DNA of 64,000 bases from sequence record QB031382.1; one strand, written 5' to 3'. A program made the position numbers and the translations under genes. How positions within the stretch are numbered: position 1 is the stretch's first letter; each line of letters opens with the position of its first letter. The notes under the pieces were generated by a model. That model ran no database searches. It saw only the letters and a list, made by a program, of their open reading frames with translations, and was not told where the DNA came from. Source of the stretch: a phage. Below, piece after piece: positions 63,559 through 64,000 of this stretch.

Positions 63559-63986
63559 TGTCTAAGATTTACGGACCGTGTTCTGAAAAGCAGAAGATGA
63601 TCCTTGAAAACGATGCAGACATTCTTGTCATTGGTGGTGCGGCTGGGTCAGGTAAGTCGTTCCTCCTGCAGTTGATGCCGCTTAAAATTATTGATGACCC
63701 ACACAGCTCTGTGGTTATGTTCCGAAGAACAACTCCACAGTTGGAAGGTGAGGGTGGGCTATGGCCTAAAGCAGTAGCTATTTACAGTGATCTGCCTGAA
63801 AACATTAAACCAAAGTTCAGAGAGAAGGATCATAAGTTTATTTTTCCACGGTTTGATCCGAGCACTGGTAAGTGGGACAGGAGCAAAAAAGGCGCTGTTG
63901 TAAAATACTGTCACATGGAATATGTCCAAGATAAGCTCAACCATCAAGGGCTTGAGTACACCATGGTTTGCTTCGATGAGGGTTAA
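63558..63986 (+). CDS. terminase large subunit, N-terminal ATPase segment only
   Basis: Walker A GGAAGSGKS and Walker B MVCFDE; frame closes at TAA 63984-63986 directly after Walker B, 14 nt before window end. Confidence 0.65.
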   Translation: MSKIYGPCSEKQKMILENDADILVIGGAAGSGKSFLLQLMPLKIIDDPHSSVVMFRRTTPQLEGEGGLWPKAVAIYSDLPENIKPKFREKDHKFIFPRFDPSTGKWDRSKKGAVVKYCHMEYVQDKLNHQGLEYTMVCFDEG

Positions 63987-64000
63987 TTTGTAGCTCTCGT

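Noticed and set aside
1-64000. Assignment to a named phage family (T5-like, Felix-O1-like, T4-like)
   Set aside because: The gene content (RNR set, PhoH, ThyX, Sir2, tRNAs, lambda-R-like endolysin, T4-like ligase) is shared by several lineages and cannot be resolved without a database search.

Overview
The window reads as a contiguous piece of a large virulent-type dsDNA phage genome (no host housekeeping genes, no integrase; lambda-R-like endolysin and near-consensus sigma70 promoters suggest an enterobacterial host). All functional calls are motif recognition by eye; no database search or RNA folding was possible. Three transcription blocks: (1) 1-16.75 kb, + strand: about 45 small early-type genes, many with their own TTGACA-17-TATAAT-like promoter and rho-independent terminator, including a protein with an SSB-type DDDIPF tail and a TARG1/DarG-like macrodomain. 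(2) 19.25-57.65 kb, - strand: a tight array of small acidic paralogous proteins, then a DNA/nucleotide-metabolism module (three DNA methyltransferases, ClpP-like protease, PhoH, NrdG, HNH-interrupted NrdD, glutaredoxin, NrdB, NrdA, ThyX, 5-prime nucleotidase, dNMP kinase, exonucleases, EndoVII-like and RuvC-like nucleases, FEN-type exonuclease, HNH, endolysin, ATP-dependent DNA ligase, Sir2, RNA ligase). (3) 57.75-64 kb, + strand: Pnk-like kinase, metallophosphoesterase, wHTH protein, six tRNA genes plus one atypical tRNA-like gene, a spanin pair and the start of the large terminase. Blocks 1 and 2 converge on a 2.5-kb ORF-free, repeat-rich region (16.75-19.25 kb). Best candidates for an undescribed system: the three-protein RNA-repair cassette beside Sir2, the early macrodomain operon, and the repeat-structured non-coding loci.
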